A DNA stretch of 63,514 nt, filler included, from Pseudovirgaria hyperparasitica (Eukaryota): assembly GCA_010093815.1 (NCBI GenBank). It is 6 parts of 6 records of this genome, joined end to end, with 100 filler letters (N's around TTAATTAATTAA, not from the genome) between each part and the next. Parts side by side here need not be neighbours in the genome. Positions count along the whole stretch, not along the records: positions 49,993 to 59,712 come from ML996627.1; positions 59,813 to 63,514 come from ML996629.1; 4 more parts are not named here. One strand, written 5' to 3'. Shown here in pieces: positions 59,001 through 63,514 of the stretch. Under the pieces are notes generated by a model. That model made no database searches, was not told the origin of the DNA, and saw only the letters and a program-made list of their open reading frames with translations. The position numbers and the translations under genes are program-made. The stretch's first letter is position 1, and each line of letters opens with the position of its first letter.

Positions 59001-62000
59001 GATATTCCCGTTCTAGTGAAAGTGTAAGGCAGAGGCACATATGGTCTAAGCGGAAGCTCTCGAAACTCCCGTCGCTACATTAGAGACATTTATACAAAGG
59101 GAACGACAGGGACCGTAGAAAAGTGGCAATAAGAACCCAGTCAAATAAGCAGGATCAAATCGACTTCTGACAAGGGGTGAGTGCTCAGAAGGGGTTGTGT
59201 ATCAAGGATTCATGTGTGGCTTGCTGCGACCGGTCAGACAGACGCCCTCTTGATCGATCGTTCTCTGCATACATGCTCGTTCTGCTCAGCCGTATGTGTT
59301 CGGGCTCGGAAGCGGCACAGGCCTTCCGTGTATGGATCCACATCCATTTGTTGTTGTACAGTGCGCAAGCGACTGGTGGGTCAGGTTCCGAGAAGAGTTC
59401 TAATTGATCGGGATGTACCTTCACTGGTGGCTGGCCATGACAACCCTAGCAACTTTGCAGGCCGCAATGCAGCTGCTTATAAAGGTAACACTCACGATTT
59501 ATTGTGTCACTTATCATGAAAAAGACACGAAGTAGTGCGGGCATCACCCTCACCGGTCACAGGCACCTCAGACCCGGGTGGTGTGCCGACTCCGCACATA
59601 GCTCTATGAGTACCCCTGTCCCTTATCGTGATTCACAAGCAAGCATTGTAGAAGCCATGGCTGTAGAGGATGATGCTAAACGACTGGGAGCAGAGGTCGG
59701 CGAGTTTGATGTNNNNNNNNNNNNNNNNNNNNNNNNNNNNNNNNNNNNNNNNNNNNTTAATTAATTAANNNNNNNNNNNNNNNNNNNNNNNNNNNNNNNN
59801 NNNNNNNNNNNNCTTAGCTGGACTAGACAGGACTGTCAACCAACTTTGTCACGCTTTACTCTACCGAAGCTCCCAGATTGAAACGCTGCGTGGCATTTTG
59901 ACGATAAACTGCATTATACCTTGCAGTGATGAGAGCGCGCAGGAAGCTCTTCACTCTCCTGCCTAGTAAGATATGGGTCTGCGAGCCGCTGCGTGAACCG
60001 TTGAGCAAGGATAGCCTGTGCGTTGTGCGTAAGGTCCTTGCGATTCCATGGCTCAGTATCCATGGCCTACCAGTTTAGCCGATACCAGGCGGCGACTTAG
60101 TGGATGGCTCTTCCTTGATGTTGCCCATACGATGGAGGTACATTGCTAGTGGATCCCCCGGGCTTGCATCAGAACCAATGTCAAACTCCCAGTCAGGTCT
60201 CGAGCACGTCACGAATATCATGCTGTGACTGGCGTCCACCGAAGTCGCATGACTACGCACCCGGCAATGTTTTTATCCTTGGCTATGCATAAAGCCACTT
60301 ACTCGGTTCAATGAGACTATCCCCTGTTGTAGAGAATGAGTTACAAGTACTTGACCGGTCAATTATCGCGACTCGATCGCCGGACGCCAGCTCACTGGCC
60401 TCCCATCGGATGAGTCTACCATGCCCTTGTCCCCTGCAATGCCCTGGCTTTGGTTCTGTCAGAGACCTAGAAAGATCCAATATCATTTTGTCGTCGCAAA
60501 ATTGTGATACCAAACGTCTGCAACAACGTGGCTTCCCATCCTATGAAAGCAATCCACGATGAGTGTATACTAGGCTTGGTAGCGTAACAATACACAGATC
60601 ATGCTCTCTACAAAGAGAGCAGCTAGGACAGTCTCGGGGATCAGGAGCCATTAGAAGAACACAACAGATTCTCTTATCAGAAACTGTGTTACAGCAAGTC
60701 AAAACACGTCATTTCTATTCCATGTGACTCTCAATAATGTCTGGGGGAATCAGGGCCCAATGATGCAAAGCTAGCCCACCTGCGTTATCCAAGTTACGAT
60801 CGTGACCACGGGAGGTGGCGTAAAATCTGCTGTTAGGGTAACCACCAAGTTTACGATTGCACCATCTGGTGGGGACTCTTTCGACGGGGAAGGCTGCAGT
60901 GGCTCGCTGCCGGATTTACGTTTACTACAACGCCTGTTGGTTGACCAACCTGACTGATACCAGAAGGATTTGTACACCAATTACATACAAGATCGTTGCG
61001 TCAAACGAACTTCAACAAGACAAGTACAAAATGAGAAAGTATAAGTAAAGATATGGGGGAGCTTCCATATGTATAGGGTAATCTAGAAAATGAAGAAGTA
61101 ATGCTCTTATTTCGGTTGTTTGTACAGCTTGCTACGAAGATGATCGAGTCTCTGAATAATCGCACTGAGAGGTGGCATAGCGTCGGCTGTAATTGTTCTG
61201 CTTTCGTGGTCAACGACCGCTTCAACGCTACGAGCCTCTTCGAGTTTTTTGTACAGCTCTGGGTCAAGGAGTGGTGATTGCATGCACTCAGAGAAAATGT
61301 CCGGGTACGAAAGTCTTCCCCTATCCACCTGAATCAAGCGTTCATTGAGTTGCTTAAGGCTAGTATCAACTTGATGGCAAGCCTGGAAGAGTGCTTTGGC
61401 CCAGATTGGAGCTTCCATTCTGTTTAGTGGCTGTCTTGAAGTCTGTGAGATATTTGATGCCTCTGGCCTTGTGAGGAGACTCGTGTTTCGTGATCCTTGT
61501 ATTGCGACAAAACCCGTATTGGGACATATTGGTAGTTTTGCAATACGGGGGGTTGCATCGGATGTCTCCTCTCGCTCCTTGTCGAATCTTTGTTTATTTA
61601 CAGGTGTACAATCGATTATCCCACCACTGCATTTTATTGAGTTCAAGAAGCCATAAGACCCTAACTTCCGCTTACCTGCAGCTCTTAAAAGTAGGCCTGC
61701 GTCGTGCTAGTATCATTGGTTTAGCACACTTGGAACAGAGAGTTTGACCATTGAATCGTGAATGTCGTCCAACATGGCTAGAAACCGGTTAGTCCTATGA
61801 TATCGTACAGCTTTCTAATGTTTTACCTGCAGGAGTCGCAAGAATGGTTGGGACGTGATTGGTCGTAGGCACAGTCTTCAAGGCCATGACGAGAGCACAT
61901 TCCACAAGGCTTGGTCTTGTCACATCGAGAGTCGGTTGCCCTGGAAATAGATTAGTATACTTTACTTCATGATCTGAATCTTTTACTTACCGACAGTTTT

Positions 62001-62787
62001 TACATCGAAGTCTGGAAGCGCCCATAACTGGGTCATGGCTTGTGCTGCATGTGGGAGGTAATGTGAATATATAATTTCTCTACGGGTAGTCGTGTCAGAA
62101 ATTTGGATCGAGCCTATTCTCCCACCACTTTTGACAGGGCACAAAGAGTATAAATGCGGCTAACCGGGATTGATGAACGATAAAGCGGCACGGTCCCATA
62201 GATCCAATTCGTGAATCATCCAACCCACTAGTGCGAGCTACCGCGGCGCTTGTAATGGAGACGGGCTGTTGGGCTCGGCCATATCTGTGCTGGTTGGCTC
62301 AAATTCCAGGACGATGCACTGAACCGGGGTTCCGTAGTAGTGTGTATGGGTTCAACACAGGGGAAGGGGGTTGTGACCGGTGAGAAGCACTCCGATTGCC
62401 CAGTCAGTGCATCTGACGGTTTTCTTTCCCAACGCGAGCAGGGATCCTATGATTGAGGTATACACTGGGCGAGCAGGCAATATGAGCGGACGTTCAAATG
62501 CGGCAGTGAAAACATAGTTTCTTCGGAGCTACAGACACTAGATGCCATGACCTCTGGCTTCCATTCAACCTTCTCTCGTCACTTTCTCACAATTCTGCTG
62601 TCAGACTATGGTGTGGAGAACCGACCAGATCGCACGATTAATACGGACGAGGAACAGCTGAAAATCACATTCACTGCTCTCGTGGAAATTCTGTCTGGTC
62701 ATCAGATAAATGTCCTGCGCTATACAATGGGGCCCACGAAGCTCTAAACGGTATCGGAGTACGCTCTTCTTCGAAAAAAATTGAACG

Positions 62788-62847
62788 CATAGCAGCAGGT
62801 TCCATAGCAGCAGGTTCCATAGCAGCAGGTTCCATAGCAGCAGGTTC
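62788..62847. repeat. 15-bp tandem repeat x4 (CATAGCAGCAGGTTC)
   Basis: Seen directly. Confidence 0.95.
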
Positions 62848-63514
62848 GCAAAGCCCATAGTCAATCAAACTTCGCTTCTCTCTCTCCCATCATGTCCATG
62901 GCCATCTTGCCACCGTCTATCAAAGTTGGCAGTCTTACAGTCGCGTAATAACCCCCAATATATAATTGAATACTATCCAACTTAAGGCCAAGATTGGAAT
63001 AAATGCCACGAGTATCAACAGGAGGATCGTTTAGACCTAATACTGTGACCACAATGATCAATAGAGCACTTCGCCAACCTCTCATGATAATAGCGATTGG
63101 GGATAAAGTTTGGTTGTCGTGGGACTAGGAAGACTGGAGATACACAGCAGTGGGTAAGGACGGGGGGAGGGGGGACTGCGATTGTGGACTCGGATTCTCC
63201 AGTCCCTCATGCACTCAAGTTTAAGTGATGCCAACGCAGACACCCACCGTTTCGGCGGTAGGCGATCTGGTGGAATCTGGCGCTATTGATACTTGTGTTG
63301 AGAATTATAATTAGCAACTGTCATCGATCTACCGCAGTCGTATCTGCACTGAATCCATGGTCGACTCAGAGCTAGACGCTACTTTACCTCTATACAAGTG
63401 TTCGAAATGCTGCCTCTGGGCCTGACACAATCATGGGCTGTTCAAGCACGGACAAAAAACTCCTCAATAAAGTTAACATCGCCTTGCCCTTTCCAGGCGA
63501 CCGTGCAAGGCCTT

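Noticed and set aside
60676..63514. Possible multi-exon minus-strand gene (ORF 61107-61646 and upstream)
   Set aside because: Some splice-like signals, but no recognisable domain and no coherent model could be built.

Overview
Filamentous ascomycete (Pezizomycotina-type) DNA from a repeat-rich accessory compartment. The window is six unplaced contigs joined by artificial 100-nt N/TTAATTAATTAA linkers, and the complete contigs fall in decreasing size, so adjacency across gaps is not biological. Contig 1 (1-13809) is a heavily RIP-mutated nest: a Ty1/copia remnant interrupted by a Tad1-like LINE (16-bp TSD), itself interrupted by a complete chromodomain Ty3/gypsy element (238-bp LTRs) with an extra antisense gene. 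Contig 2 holds a complete RIP-mutated IS3EU-like DNA transposon (16588-21337; ~95-bp TIRs, 6-bp TSD; transposase, orphan ORF, DUF3716-like gene). That element is studded with the palindrome TCGTACGA about every 160 bp. A 3.4-kb inverted duplication of it brackets two intact convergent genes, one a predicted PD-(D/E)XK nuclease. Contigs 3-6 carry an Est1/SMG6-like gene, two BTB/POZ genes, a HET pseudogene, an intact Spok-family (spore-killer-like) gene, Myb and Zn2Cys6 transcription-factor genes, Tc1-like remnants, MITEs and a recurrent double-hairpin element. All calls come from reading motifs by eye; no database searches were run.
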